Source: a virus
DNA length: 64,000 nt
IMG/VR virus record: IMGVR_UViG_3300050821_003452
Span: 12,590 to 76,589 of that record
Reading direction: 5' to 3' (one strand)
Under the pieces are notes generated by a model that was given only the letters and a program-made list of their open reading frames with translations, made no database searches and was not told the DNA's origin. Numbering within the stretch: position 1 is the first letter of the stretch; each line of letters opens with the position of its first letter. The translations under genes were made by a program, and so were the position numbers. Shown here one piece after another: positions 44,027 to 53,609 of this stretch.

Positions 44027-44986
44027 ATGGTTCTCATAACCAACACCGGCCCTATTGTTGCGTTTGGTATTACTCGCGACAGCAACGGCAATGTTACGCA
44101 GTACAATGAAGAGCGTGGCACTTCGCTTTACGATCTTGGCACAGGATTTGCGGACCCGCGCATTCCATATGCTTATAAACCCGGCTCCGCAGTCGGCACT
44201 CCTATTGTTGGGTTCTTCGATAATCTGGGGCTAGTGGATTACATTCCAGCTACCGCCTCTAGCAATGCTCTTGTTAGCAACGGCTCTAGCACTGTTAACG
44301 GCTCACTTACACTGACCGCAACTGGTGCCGGCGTGATTGCCACGACTATTGTGGCACCAGAGAGCGGTCAGACTGTTACTGTATTTGCTCTAGACAGCAC
44401 TGCGGCAACCCTTCCTATGGGTCAGGCCGGCACGGTCCAACTTTGGAACCCCGCCGCTGGTGCGGGCCGTTGTATTTCTGTTACGGCTTCTTCCAGCGGC
44501 AGCACTGGCGCCACGGTCAGCATCGCTGGCCGCGATATGTACGGCATCAAGATGACTGAGTTGGTTACGCTCAGCACGGCAACTGCGCCCGCAGTTGGAA
44601 CCAGCCAGAAAGCGTTCAAATATATCTCGTCCATCACGGCATCCACCACGTTCACTGCTGGTTTCATTGTGGGCACCACGGACACCTTCGGCTTCCCGTT
44701 GAAGCTGGCATATTGCGGTGTCAGCACCGTGGTTAATCTATTGGCCTCGTCCTTTTCTTCTGCTGTTGCCGTCGCACTTTCTTCCGCCTCAACCACGTTG
44801 GCGTCAACGGCTACTACGTCAAACTCTACCAATGGTGACGTGCGAGGTACTTATGCTTCCACAACTGCATCCAACGGAACCTTGCGGTTTCAAATAGTCC
44901 AGAATATGACTGCCAACCAGATGGCGGCTATCACCAGCACCAACCACGCTTCTGTGTTTGGTATTCCTCAGTTTAGCTCAGTGTAA
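44027..44986 (+). CDS. Ser/Thr-rich virion protein
   Basis: G.DMYG..MTE, KAFKYISSI, VGTTDTFGFP, GDVRGTY. Confidence 0.7.
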   Translation: MVLITNTGPIVAFGITRDSNGNVTQYNEERGTSLYDLGTGFADPRIPYAYKPGSAVGTPIVGFFDNLGLVDYIPATASSNALVSNGSSTVNGSLTLTATGAGVIATTIVAPESGQTVTVFALDSTAATLPMGQAGTVQLWNPAAGAGRCISVTASSSGSTGATVSIAGRDMYGIKMTELVTLSTATAPAVGTSQKAFKYISSITASTTFTAGFIVGTTDTFGFPLKLAYCGVSTVVNLLASSFSSAVAVALSSASTTLASTATTSNSTNGDVRGTYASTTASNGTLRFQIVQNMTANQMAAITSTNHASVFGIPQFSSV

Positions 44987-44998
44987 GGAGACCATTTG

Positions 44999-45295
44999 AT
45001 GGCCAAGCACAGGCACGAAAAGCACAAAAAAGAGCATGAGAAGAAGGAACACTTCAAGCGTGGCGGGCACGTCAAGCTGGATGCCAAGGACGACCTCAAG
45101 GGCGCCGATGACTACTCTGGTAGCGGCAAGCCGGAAGTAGTGAAAGCTGCCGAGAGCCGTAAGGATAGCTTCAAGAAGGGCGGCAAGGTTATGGGCCACA
45201 AGTCCAAGGCCCGCATGGACAAATATGCCCGTGGCGGTCGCGCTGGCGGGTCCCCGTTCTCGTCTGCCAAGATCAAGGAAAATACGGCGGCTTAA
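44999..45295 (+). CDS. Basic protein with repeated [FY]xxGG motifs
   Basis: FKRGG, FKKGG, YARGG. Confidence 0.7.
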   Translation: MAKHRHEKHKKEHEKKEHFKRGGHVKLDAKDDLKGADDYSGSGKPEVVKAAESRKDSFKKGGKVMGHKSKARMDKYARGGRAGGSPFSSAKIKENTAA

Positions 45296-45297
45296 CC

Positions 45298-45480
45298 ATG
45301 GCCAAGAATTGGATAAAGGGAGCTATCAAACATCCCGGGGCTTTGCATAGTCATCTGGGTGTTCCGCAAGGTCAGAAAATTCCTGCATCCAAGCTTGCGA
45401 AGGCAAGTCATTCATCTAATCCGACTATTAAGCGCGAAGCCGCTCTTGCCAAGACCTTGAAGGGCTTCCACCACAAGTAA
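45298..45480 (+). CDS. Small basic phage protein
   Basis: WIKGAIKHPGALH..LGVP.G.KIP..KL..A...A.LAKTL. Confidence 0.75.
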   Translation: MAKNWIKGAIKHPGALHSHLGVPQGQKIPASKLAKASHSSNPTIKREAALAKTLKGFHHK

Positions 45481-45488
45481 GGAAGCTC

Positions 45489-45833
45489 TTGATGCCTATG
45501 ATGCCGGTCTACATTACCCTGAGTTCGACCGGAACCTCACGGGCGGTCAATCTCGACTATAATTCCAGAAGTCCATTCAATGTCTCCGTTGGTGTGACTT
45601 ACGGCTCCAGCACCATGACGGCGACCTATGGCGTGGAATACACGCTTCAGGACCCGCTCTATCAGAGCCTAATTGGCTCGACTGCCGCGCAAATCTGGAT
45701 CGCGGACGCCAATCTTCCTGCCGGCCAGACCGCGACCGGTACCACCAATTATATGTTTCCTGTGGCGGCTGTGCGCTGCACAGTAAGCGCAATCTCGTCT
45801 GGCTCAGTGACCTTCTGCGTGATGGAAGGATAA
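45489..45833 (+). CDS. Beta-rich virion protein
   Basis: TYGVEYT.QD, NYMFPVAAVR. Confidence 0.65.
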   Translation: MMPMMPVYITLSSTGTSRAVNLDYNSRSPFNVSVGVTYGSSTMTATYGVEYTLQDPLYQSLIGSTAAQIWIADANLPAGQTATGTTNYMFPVAAVRCTVSAISSGSVTFCVMEG

Positions 45834-45840
45834 CTGATGC

Positions 45841-46074
45841 ATGGCGGTTTCCCTTACAGGCATAACGGTCACGCTGCCATCGGTGGGCGTATCTTTAACT
45901 CCGACGACGCTTCAGTTACCATGGGGAGCGGTGTCTGAGAGTTTGTTGCTGACTGTGAGTATACCGGGATCGACTACTGGAGGATCAACAAGTAGTTCCA
46001 GTCCAACGCATACACTGATCTTCACTGGTTCCTCTAACTCGATGTATATTCCCTTGATGGGAGGCTTTGGCTAA
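45841..46074 (+). CDS. Small Ser/Thr-rich protein
   Basis: STTGGSTSSSSPT. Confidence 0.55.
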   Translation: MAVSLTGITVTLPSVGVSLTPTTLQLPWGAVSESLLLTVSIPGSTTGGSTSSSSPTHTLIFTGSSNSMYIPLMGGFG

Positions 46075-46912
46075 CGTGGCAGATAATTATACGGTAATAA
46101 ATTCCTGCGGCCAGACCATCACGATGAAGTCCATCGATATCGGCGGTGGGGTGGAAACTATTCAATCCATCCCAACCTCTACTGCTGGGACACCGCTTGT
46201 ACTGAACCCATCCAGTACGCCTACCAGCACCATGGCGGCGATGTTGGTGGCCATCTCTCCTAATGGAGTAAACGCCAACGGCCAAGCGACAATGGCCAAC
46301 TCGGCTCCTGTTACGATTGCCAGCAATCAGAGCGCTGTGGCGGTTAGCCTGTCTTCGGCTACCGTTACTTTATCCAGCAATCCAACAGTAATTCTATCGA
46401 GCAACCCCACGGTTATTCCATCATCTGCGATACAAGTTACCCTGACAAGCAATGTGGTCGCCGTATCCTCTGGAACAGTAACTCTCTCATCCAACCCAAC
46501 AGTCATTCCATCCAGCGCCCTTACCGTTGGCTCTGGAAATATTTCATTGGTGCCAACCACCACGGGTGGGCTTTCGCTATCTTCTGTAATCATAGCGAGC
46601 GGGACCAATTCCACGCTGGTTAGCTCGTCCCCCAGACAAATCTACAAGGTGGAGTGTTTCAATAACACGGCCACCATCGGTTATCTGCATCTCTACAATC
46701 TATCCAGCGCGCCAACCGCTGGTAGTTCTCTTGTATTCGATAGATATCTGGTTCCGGCCAACACCAGTGGCGCAGGCGTCATCTCGGAACTTGTCAATGG
46801 CGTGTCATATGCGACGGGGATTGGATATACCTTTACTGGAGGTATTGCAGATAGCGATACCACGGCCATCTCTTCAAATGCTTCCTATATCGTGAATATT
46901 TACTATAAGTGA
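46067..46912 (+). CDS. Ser/Thr-rich virion protein with LSSNPTV repeats
   Basis: GQATMANSAPVTIASNQS; VTLSSNPTVILSSNPTVIPSS. Confidence 0.7.
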   Translation: MANVADNYTVINSCGQTITMKSIDIGGGVETIQSIPTSTAGTPLVLNPSSTPTSTMAAMLVAISPNGVNANGQATMANSAPVTIASNQSAVAVSLSSATVTLSSNPTVILSSNPTVIPSSAIQVTLTSNVVAVSSGTVTLSSNPTVIPSSALTVGSGNISLVPTTTGGLSLSSVIIASGTNSTLVSSSPRQIYKVECFNNTATIGYLHLYNLSSAPTAGSSLVFDRYLVPANTSGAGVISELVNGVSYATGIGYTFTGGIADSDTTAISSNASYIVNIYYK

Positions 46913-46920
46913 GCATGTAA

Positions 46921-47751
46921 ATGGCCACTTATTTTTGTGTAAACAGTTCACTAGGACAGACTTGGAATAGCAGTAATACTGTTATGTGGTCTACCACCAG
47001 CGGGTTGACTTCGGTTCCTGCTGGACCACCACAGGCCGCCGACACGGCTACATTTGATGGAGCGTCTGGCGGCGGCACAGTCACGGTTGGTTCCAGCATC
47101 AACACCACTAACACCGTGTCTATTTTGACCATGGGAGCCTTCACTGGAGCGCTGGATTTCAGTGTAAACAACATCAGCCCAACCATAGGGACCATGACTA
47201 ATTCCGGAACCGCAACCCGAACTCTTAATATGGGAAGTGGCACTTGGACAATAACCGGAAATACTGGAAACCCTTGGAATTTTACAACGGTTACCGGCCT
47301 AACTCTAGTTTCAAGCCTGTCCACAATATTACTATCCGCCACGGCGGCGGGATCAAGAACCCTTCAATTCGGGGGGACGACAATCAACAATCTATCCATC
47401 TCAAACCCATCTAGGAATAATTTACAGGTCAGGTTTGCCGATGCTGTGACGGTGGGCGGGTCTCTCACGATAAGCAATGTTGGGAACGTCCGCGTGGACG
47501 CCGCATTAACAGTGACTGGGGCTTGGGCATTTGATGGTACTTCTACAAACCCAGCGGTTCTTTATTTATCAGCACCGACGACGTTTACTGTGGGTGCCGC
47601 AAATACTTGGACGTGGATATATGTACAAAATATAACCAAGGCCGGCGCCGGCTCAATTACCGCCAATAATTCTTTCGATGGCGGCTCCAACACCAACATC
47701 ACCATTAATTCACCACCCTCTGGTGGTGGCGGGGGTATAATTGGTGGATAA
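46921..47751 (+). CDS. Beta-helical adhesin-like virion protein
   Basis: W....WSTTSG....AGPP.AADTATFD, TRTLNMGSGTWT. Confidence 0.65.
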   Translation: MATYFCVNSSLGQTWNSSNTVMWSTTSGLTSVPAGPPQAADTATFDGASGGGTVTVGSSINTTNTVSILTMGAFTGALDFSVNNISPTIGTMTNSGTATRTLNMGSGTWTITGNTGNPWNFTTVTGLTLVSSLSTILLSATAAGSRTLQFGGTTINNLSISNPSRNNLQVRFADAVTVGGSLTISNVGNVRVDAALTVTGAWAFDGTSTNPAVLYLSAPTTFTVGAANTWTWIYVQNITKAGAGSITANNSFDGGSNTNITINSPPSGGGGGIIGG

Positions 47752-50700
47752 TGACGGTTGGAATACTCAATATTGCCGCCGCCCTAGCACCTTCTTCTGG
47801 GTTTAACGGCGGCCAATCCCAGATGAATATGAGCCAGCTTAACTTTGCTGCTGTCCCATTCATTAATCTCGCCAAGACCGCCACGCTTCCGACAATTAGT
47901 TCTGCCGATGCCAATAATGGCTTTATCGTCAGCCCTAGTTTGCAGGACGCTAATGGCTATGCAACGTCACTTCCAGTTGGAGCCACGGGTACTCGACAAA
48001 ATGCCCCAATCGTCAACCCATCGGCGCGCGGAACGACGCCTATTGTGGTCCGGTGGATTGGCTCATGGACGCTGACGGGTTCGGCTGGAACGGCGGTTTC
48101 TAACAATGTCACAGCGGCCAACAACAGCACGACCGTCACGCTCACGGTCGGATCGCCCCATTATTATCGTGCTGGACAGGTGGTAGCACTTTCCACGTTT
48201 GCCGCGCCGTTCACTGGCTTCAACGGGCACACCTACCAGATAGCATCCACCACGACGACGACGATCACGCTGACCGGAGCGGATAGTTCTGGCTTTGGTG
48301 CTTATGTCTCAGGTGGCACCGTAACCAACTCTCTCTTGGCAGGAACTACGGGCGGTAGGTACGTCTACACTCCGGCAGAGATCGCAATCACGGCTATTAG
48401 CTCACCTAATGTCCAGCTAGGTTTCTCCGTTACGGGGTCAACTCCGGTCAGCGAGATCGAGGCGATGTACGTTGACGAAGAGGCGGCCTATGACGCCGGT
48501 GCTGTATTTTCTCCAAAGTTCATAAGTTTGTTGCGCGATACATTGCGCGTAGGAAAAATTCGCTTTCTCGACTGGCAGGGTGGATCGAGCGGAGCAAACA
48601 ACTCCAACGTCACAACGTGGGACACGGCGAGCAAACCAGAAACCTATGTAAGCTATGCGGGCGACTGGTGGGACCTTAACCGCTGGGTACCGACCGTCAC
48701 CGTTGGAACTGGACCACCCACATCGGCCACAGGTTCTACGCAGGACTACGCGATCACTGTTGGCAGTGGCAACTTCACCGACAAGCAGACTATCCAGCTT
48801 CGGTTCCCGCTGACCGCGAATGCAAATTCCACGCTGACTTGGAGTGGAGGCACCGCCACCGTGACTACAGCATCTCCACATAATGTGCCAACCGGGTTGC
48901 TTTTTCCCGTTATCATTGCGGGGGTGACGGCCACAGCCTATAACGGAAACTTTACTGCGACATCGACCGGCGCTAGCACATTCACCTACGCACTTGCCGC
49001 CAGTCAGTCCGACGCGACCGTTCCCGGCACCTATGCCATCCTTGTCAACTCCATGCAGAAGAACGTCACGCTGTCCGGCACGGTCGGAAGCGGGGCCTTG
49101 CAGGTGGCATGGCCGGCCCACGGTTTTTCGAGTGGCACGCCACTTGTCGGGTTTCCGACGAGTGGCAGCACGCAATTGCCAAACCCAATAGCATTCAGCA
49201 CGACCGTCTATGTTGGAACAGTCGTTGATGCCAACACTTTTAATTTGTCGCTAACTGCTGGTGGCGCGGACATTATTAGACAATCGACTGGGGCCACTGC
49301 TGCTACTTTTGTGCGGCCAGCAACGCTTTCAATCAATGGCAATACGCCTGTTCCAATCAAGATTGGATATGGAGATGCGGCTACTGCTGGGGCGCAACCG
49401 GACAATGCGAGCTACAGCACGGTCGTCTTTGACGCAGCCATGAACTCGCTTCTGCTATGGAAGCACTCTTCAAATGGTGGGGGCATTATCAACGGCGTCC
49501 CGCCATCGCTGATGTTCCGGCTATGCAAAGAAGTCGGCGCTCACTGTTGGTTTGTCACTCCGTTCCTAGCCGCCGAACCGATGACAGATTACATAGCGCA
49601 ACTTATGACGGCAGGTAAAAATTATGCAGCATCCAACGCCCCGTGGATGATGATTGGGATCGAAGGACCAAATGAAACATGGAACAGTGGGCCCAACTTC
49701 TTCGCCACCCGTTACGCTTGGAATAAATCCTACATCAATTGGCCCCCATCTCCTTCAAGCACCAACGCCGGGTTTGATCATGATAACTGGTATGGCAAGG
49801 TAATCTCAACTATCGGACAGGACGCTAATACGGTGTTCGGCGGCAATACTACTAAATACGATGTTTATTTGGGTGTCAGAGAGTCGAATGGGGGCGTGCC
49901 GACGCTAAATGATCCGCGCCTGAAGGCTACTGCCTATGCTGCCCAATCAGCACCAGCGCAATCTGGATACAACAAAAATCCCGGCTATATGTATGCCACT
50001 AATGGCTGTACAGCGGGGTATTTTGGCCCCGGCTTCTACGGATGGCCTCCCGAAATGCCGCTAGCCTACGACTTCGCCGTCAACGGCAACGCTGGTGCGA
50101 TGACCACCTATCTTGCCAGTTACACGGTCAGTGGCATGCACACCGGCAGCTTGGCGACACTTGCAACCAGAATTAGTGGGACGGCAACATACTTTGCGGG
50201 ACCATGGGGGACTGGTCCAACCTACACGCTTGGCCTTCAAGGGTATGAAGGTGGTTCCGATGCGGAAGACGCCGCAGGTAACAGCACATCGGTCGTGACC
50301 GCCGCGACGAATGACGCGACCGGAGCGGTGCTAACGATGCCGACCGCTTTCATCACCGGCAATAATCTGGGAACCGCTCAATCTAACAGCCCAACCAACG
50401 CGGCGGCAGTCGGCATGATGTTTCAGGTGACTGGAGCAGCAGGCGGAACATGGGGCAGCTTGATAACCGGGGCAGCACAGAGCCAGAACGTCAGCGCCAT
50501 CAGCGGGGCAGATATTCCATACACGGGGACTGCCATTGTGGGGCAGGGCGTTAATTTCACAGTAGGTAACACAAGCTCGACGCTGCCGGCCAACCTTGTC
50601 AATGGCGTCACCTATTACATTGTCAGCGTCAATGCCGGGGTTTCGCTTGAGGTTTCGGCCACTAAGGGTGGCTCGCCAATCAGCCCGAGCGGAGGCACAG

Positions 50701-51071
50701 GCCAGATCACCGTGCAGCCGGGCTGGGTTGTGAAGGCTATCAATGTCGGCAGCGATCCGCTTAAGGTGCAGATTGACGTTGATAGCTCCGGCTTTGGTAC
50801 CTACACCGCAAGTTCTGCGACTGTGACCTACATCAACGGCATCAATTATCTGAACTCGCTCCGTCGCGCAGTTCGAACAAGTTCACTATTGCAGAACTAC
50901 TACTACGGTGGGGCCTCATCCTACATCGGAACATGGACAACGGCAGGGGCGACTTGGCCGTCGCATTACCACTTCTTTGGTGCGCTCAATGATCCGTGGG
51001 GAATTTTTGAACCTAGTTCCTACGCCACGATTTCCCCTTCTGGGTTGGCCATAGCGGCATTTAATGCCTAA
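47751..51071 (+). CDS. Large receptor-binding/tail-spike protein with a GH-A-like glycoside hydrolase core
   Basis: IRFLDWQ, LCKEVGAHCWF, IEGPNETWN, YEGG; interspersed TASPH...NG.F beta modules. Confidence 0.65.
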   Translation: MTVGILNIAAALAPSSGFNGGQSQMNMSQLNFAAVPFINLAKTATLPTISSADANNGFIVSPSLQDANGYATSLPVGATGTRQNAPIVNPSARGTTPIVVRWIGSWTLTGSAGTAVSNNVTAANNSTTVTLTVGSPHYYRAGQVVALSTFAAPFTGFNGHTYQIASTTTTTITLTGADSSGFGAYVSGGTVTNSLLAGTTGGRYVYTPAEIAITAISSPNVQLGFSVTGSTPVSEIEAMYVDEEAAYDAGAVFSPKFISLLRDTLRVGKIRFLDWQGGSSGANNSNVTTWDTASKPETYVSYAGDWWDLNRWVPTVTVGTGPPTSATGSTQDYAITVGSGNFTDKQTIQLRFPLTANANSTLTWSGGTATVTTASPHNVPTGLLFPVIIAGVTATAYNGNFTATSTGASTFTYALAASQSDATVPGTYAILVNSMQKNVTLSGTVGSGALQVAWPAHGFSSGTPLVGFPTSGSTQLPNPIAFSTTVYVGTVVDANTFNLSLTAGGADIIRQSTGATAATFVRPATLSINGNTPVPIKIGYGDAATAGAQPDNASYSTVVFDAAMNSLLLWKHSSNGGGIINGVPPSLMFRLCKEVGAHCWFVTPFLAAEPMTDYIAQLMTAGKNYAASNAPWMMIGIEGPNETWNSGPNFFATRYAWNKSYINWPPSPSSTNAGFDHDNWYGKVISTIGQDANTVFGGNTTKYDVYLGVRESNGGVPTLNDPRLKATAYAAQSAPAQSGYNKNPGYMYATNGCTAGYFGPGFYGWPPEMPLAYDFAVNGNAGAMTTYLASYTVSGMHTGSLATLATRISGTATYFAGPWGTGPTYTLGLQGYEGGSDAEDAAGNSTSVVTAATNDATGAVLTMPTAFITGNNLGTAQSNSPTNAAAVGMMFQVTGAAGGTWGSLITGAAQSQNVSAISGADIPYTGTAIVGQGVNFTVGNTSSTLPANLVNGVTYYIVSVNAGVSLEVSATKGGSPISPSGGTGQITVQPGWVVKAINVGSDPLKVQIDVDSSGFGTYTASSATVTYINGINYLNSLRRAVRTSSLLQNYYYGGASSYIGTWTTAGATWPSHYHFFGALNDPWGIFEPSSYATISPSGLAIAAFNA

Positions 51072-51121
51072 ATCGGACTTGCACCGATAGAGGTTTATAT
51101 ATCGAAAATGGTAATCAATAT

Positions 51122-51430
51122 ATGACCATTGGACTTCATCAAGTAGCTAAGCCATCCACGCTGGTAATCACCGGAACACCAATAACTGTGACTCAAATCA
51201 ACGTGCCATATACTGGATTTAGCGTCATCGGAGATGGGGGTACACCCCCGTATATATATTCTCTTACCAGCGGAACATTCCCACTTGGGTTAACCATAAA
51301 TTCTTCCAGCGGTCTTGTAAGCGGGACGCCTCTGGCGGTAATATTGTCATCCAGCCTTACGCTTCAAGTAACCGATAAATATGGAAGAACCGCTCAACTG
51401 GCGTCTTTTTCCATAAATGTGACGCTCTAG
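51122..51430 (+). CDS. Ig-like (He_PIG-type) domain protein
   Basis: GGTPPY.YS..SG.FP.GLTINSSSG.VSGTP, QVTD. Confidence 0.75.
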   Translation: MTIGLHQVAKPSTLVITGTPITVTQINVPYTGFSVIGDGGTPPYIYSLTSGTFPLGLTINSSSGLVSGTPLAVILSSSLTLQVTDKYGRTAQLASFSINVTL

Positions 51431-51488
51431 CATTTAGCATTAGTACCGTGATATCTTCTTATGCCACAATAACCTTTCCGACCAATAA

Positions 51489-51854
51489 ATGACTATCAGT
51501 TACACCACGCCGACGATTAATAATCGCCTTCAGGAGGTATTAAATAGTATTGGCCCAGTTGGGGCGATGCGCTTGCTGACAAGTACAAACCAAACAGTGG
51601 GATTAATATCTCTCGCTAACCCTGCCGGCACTATAAATGGCGGCGTCCTGACATTTACCACCCCCGTTTCAGCCCCGCTGACGTTTATTAGTGGCCAAAT
51701 TGTGGCTGCTGATATAGAAGACGGCTCAACCAATGTGGTTGCTTATGGACTTACTGTAGGCAATTCCACTTTGTACGATATCGTCATGACGGCTACCACG
51801 GTAAGCTCTGGCCAGATCGTGACTATGACCTTCGGAACCATTACGGGGAAATAA
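51489..51854 (+). CDS. Virion structural protein
   Basis: GVLTF, GLTVG...DIV...TTVSSGQ.V. Confidence 0.65.
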   Translation: MTISYTTPTINNRLQEVLNSIGPVGAMRLLTSTNQTVGLISLANPAGTINGGVLTFTTPVSAPLTFISGQIVAADIEDGSTNVVAYGLTVGNSTLYDIVMTATTVSSGQIVTMTFGTITGK

Positions 51855-52730
51855 ATGGACAGCATCGCCAAGCTCACGCCAACCGGCACTGAATTGCTCA
51901 AAAACGGCAAGGCTCATGCCGGCAAAAGAGGGCGCCCACGAACCAAACCGTCCAATTTTGTCCAATTAACGCACTCCATTATTCCTGAGAAGCCAGCTAC
52001 CCAGCAAGCGCAGATCGCTCAAATTGAGCAACCTAAGCAACCCCTCAAAATCGCCCTGATTGGTACTGCGCCGTCCTCACGGGACCTCGCACCATTTAAC
52101 GATCCATCTTGGACCATCTGGGCCTGTTCGCCCGGGAATGCCCACGGCACGCTGCCTAGGGTGGATACATGGTTTGAAATCCATTCCAACCTGATGTGGC
52201 CTGAATGCGTATCCTACGGGGCGCCATATGTGGAATGGCTGAAACAGCAGAAATTCCCGATTTATATGCAGGATCAAAGACTTGTTCCTAATGCCACGCC
52301 GTTGCCAATCCAAGAATTAGTCAACGAATTCGGCAAATACTTCTTTACTTCCAGTTTTGCCTACATGCTGGCCATGGCCATCAAGGCCGGCGCTGACGAG
52401 ATATCCCTATTCGGCATCGATATGGCGTCCAAGGACGAATATATCCTTCAGCGTCCGGGCGGTCATTATTTCATGCAGGAAGCCGCCAAGCGCGGCATCA
52501 AGGTCAACGTGCCCTTTGAGAGCGACCTTGCCCAGCACCCTCCGCTTTATGGTTATGACAGCAGCACCCCATTTGGGCGCAAACTACATGTCAGAAAAGT
52601 GGAAATCCAGAACCGGGTTGCCGGCATGGAAGCCGAACTAGCGAAACTCAACCACAGTATCGCCTATCTGAAGGGTGCCTTGGAAGATTTAGATTATGTC
52701 TCTTCCATATTTGGGGGCCTCCAAACCTGA
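51855..52730 (+). CDS. Maf/sialyltransferase-like (GT29/GT42-like) putative glycosyltransferase
   Basis: KIALIGTAPSS...IWAC...D.WFEIH; TSS.AYMLAMAI..GADEISLFGIDM. Confidence 0.55.
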   Translation: MDSIAKLTPTGTELLKNGKAHAGKRGRPRTKPSNFVQLTHSIIPEKPATQQAQIAQIEQPKQPLKIALIGTAPSSRDLAPFNDPSWTIWACSPGNAHGTLPRVDTWFEIHSNLMWPECVSYGAPYVEWLKQQKFPIYMQDQRLVPNATPLPIQELVNEFGKYFFTSSFAYMLAMAIKAGADEISLFGIDMASKDEYILQRPGGHYFMQEAAKRGIKVNVPFESDLAQHPPLYGYDSSTPFGRKLHVRKVEIQNRVAGMEAELAKLNHSIAYLKGALEDLDYVSSIFGGLQT

Positions 52731-52792
52731 ATTTGTTTTTGCTCACCAATTCCGCTATTGTGACGCAATAAGGGCTTCTTGGAGATAAATAT

Positions 52793-53347
52793 ATGGCTAA
52801 CTTCAGCATCACGAATTCCTCGGGCACGCTGAGCCTCGGTACTACTCAGCAGGCCATGACGACTTCGTTCAAGACCCTTATTTCCATGGGGAATTCTTCC
52901 TCCACGACCGCCACGGCGGCTGGTACTGCCGCCCAATACCGCAGAGGCAAACTTTACGATATCCTGATTGGCACCAACGGAACCCCCGCCGACAACGCCA
53001 TGGAATTCGACGTGGCGAGAGTTACCATGTCCACGTCTGTTGCGACGCTGACGGTATCCTCACTATCCAGCAACTATGCACTTGATCCCGCAGACTTAAC
53101 CGGCTGCGTCAACCAGTTATGCATCAACTCCACCACTGAATTCACGGTCTCGGTCTCGTCGGCTATTCAGGCTTGGTATATCGGTATTAACCAGCGGGCC
53201 AGTTATCGTTGGGTTGCGGCGCCGGGCTCCGAGATTGTTTGGCCGGCAGTATCTTCGGCCAGCGCCTATGGTGTTCTTGCACTTCGCGCCCGCTCTCCCG
53301 CCTATAACGGCACCGCTACCGCCACCGTGTTATTCCAAGAGCAATAA
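52793..53347 (+). CDS. Ser/Thr-rich virion protein
   Basis: GTPADN, NQRASYRWVAAPGSEI. Confidence 0.65.
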   Translation: MANFSITNSSGTLSLGTTQQAMTTSFKTLISMGNSSSTTATAAGTAAQYRRGKLYDILIGTNGTPADNAMEFDVARVTMSTSVATLTVSSLSSNYALDPADLTGCVNQLCINSTTEFTVSVSSAIQAWYIGINQRASYRWVAAPGSEIVWPAVSSASAYGVLALRARSPAYNGTATATVLFQEQ

Positions 53348-53349
53348 CA

Positions 53350-53607
53350 ATGCGCAACGCTGGTGGATATGCCTTCAGCTTCAGCCCTGATGGCATCCAT
53401 CAGGAATGCGACACGTTTACTTGCGCGCACTGCGGGGGCATCGTTCACGTCAAGTCAAAATGCAATCCTGATGATCTTGGTGGAATGTGCCGGCTTTGCA
53501 TGAAGATGATTTGCCCTCAATGCGTTGATCTTGGCTGCACTCCATTTGAGAAGCGCCTTGAACAGGTCGAAAAACGCGACCGCATCCTCAGGTCATATGG
53601 ATTATAG
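53350..53607 (+). CDS. Cys-rich zinc-finger protein
   Basis: CAHC, CRLCMKMICPQC, CTPFEK. Confidence 0.7.
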   Translation: MRNAGGYAFSFSPDGIHQECDTFTCAHCGGIVHVKSKCNPDDLGGMCRLCMKMICPQCVDLGCTPFEKRLEQVEKRDRILRSYGL

Positions 53608-53609
53608 AG

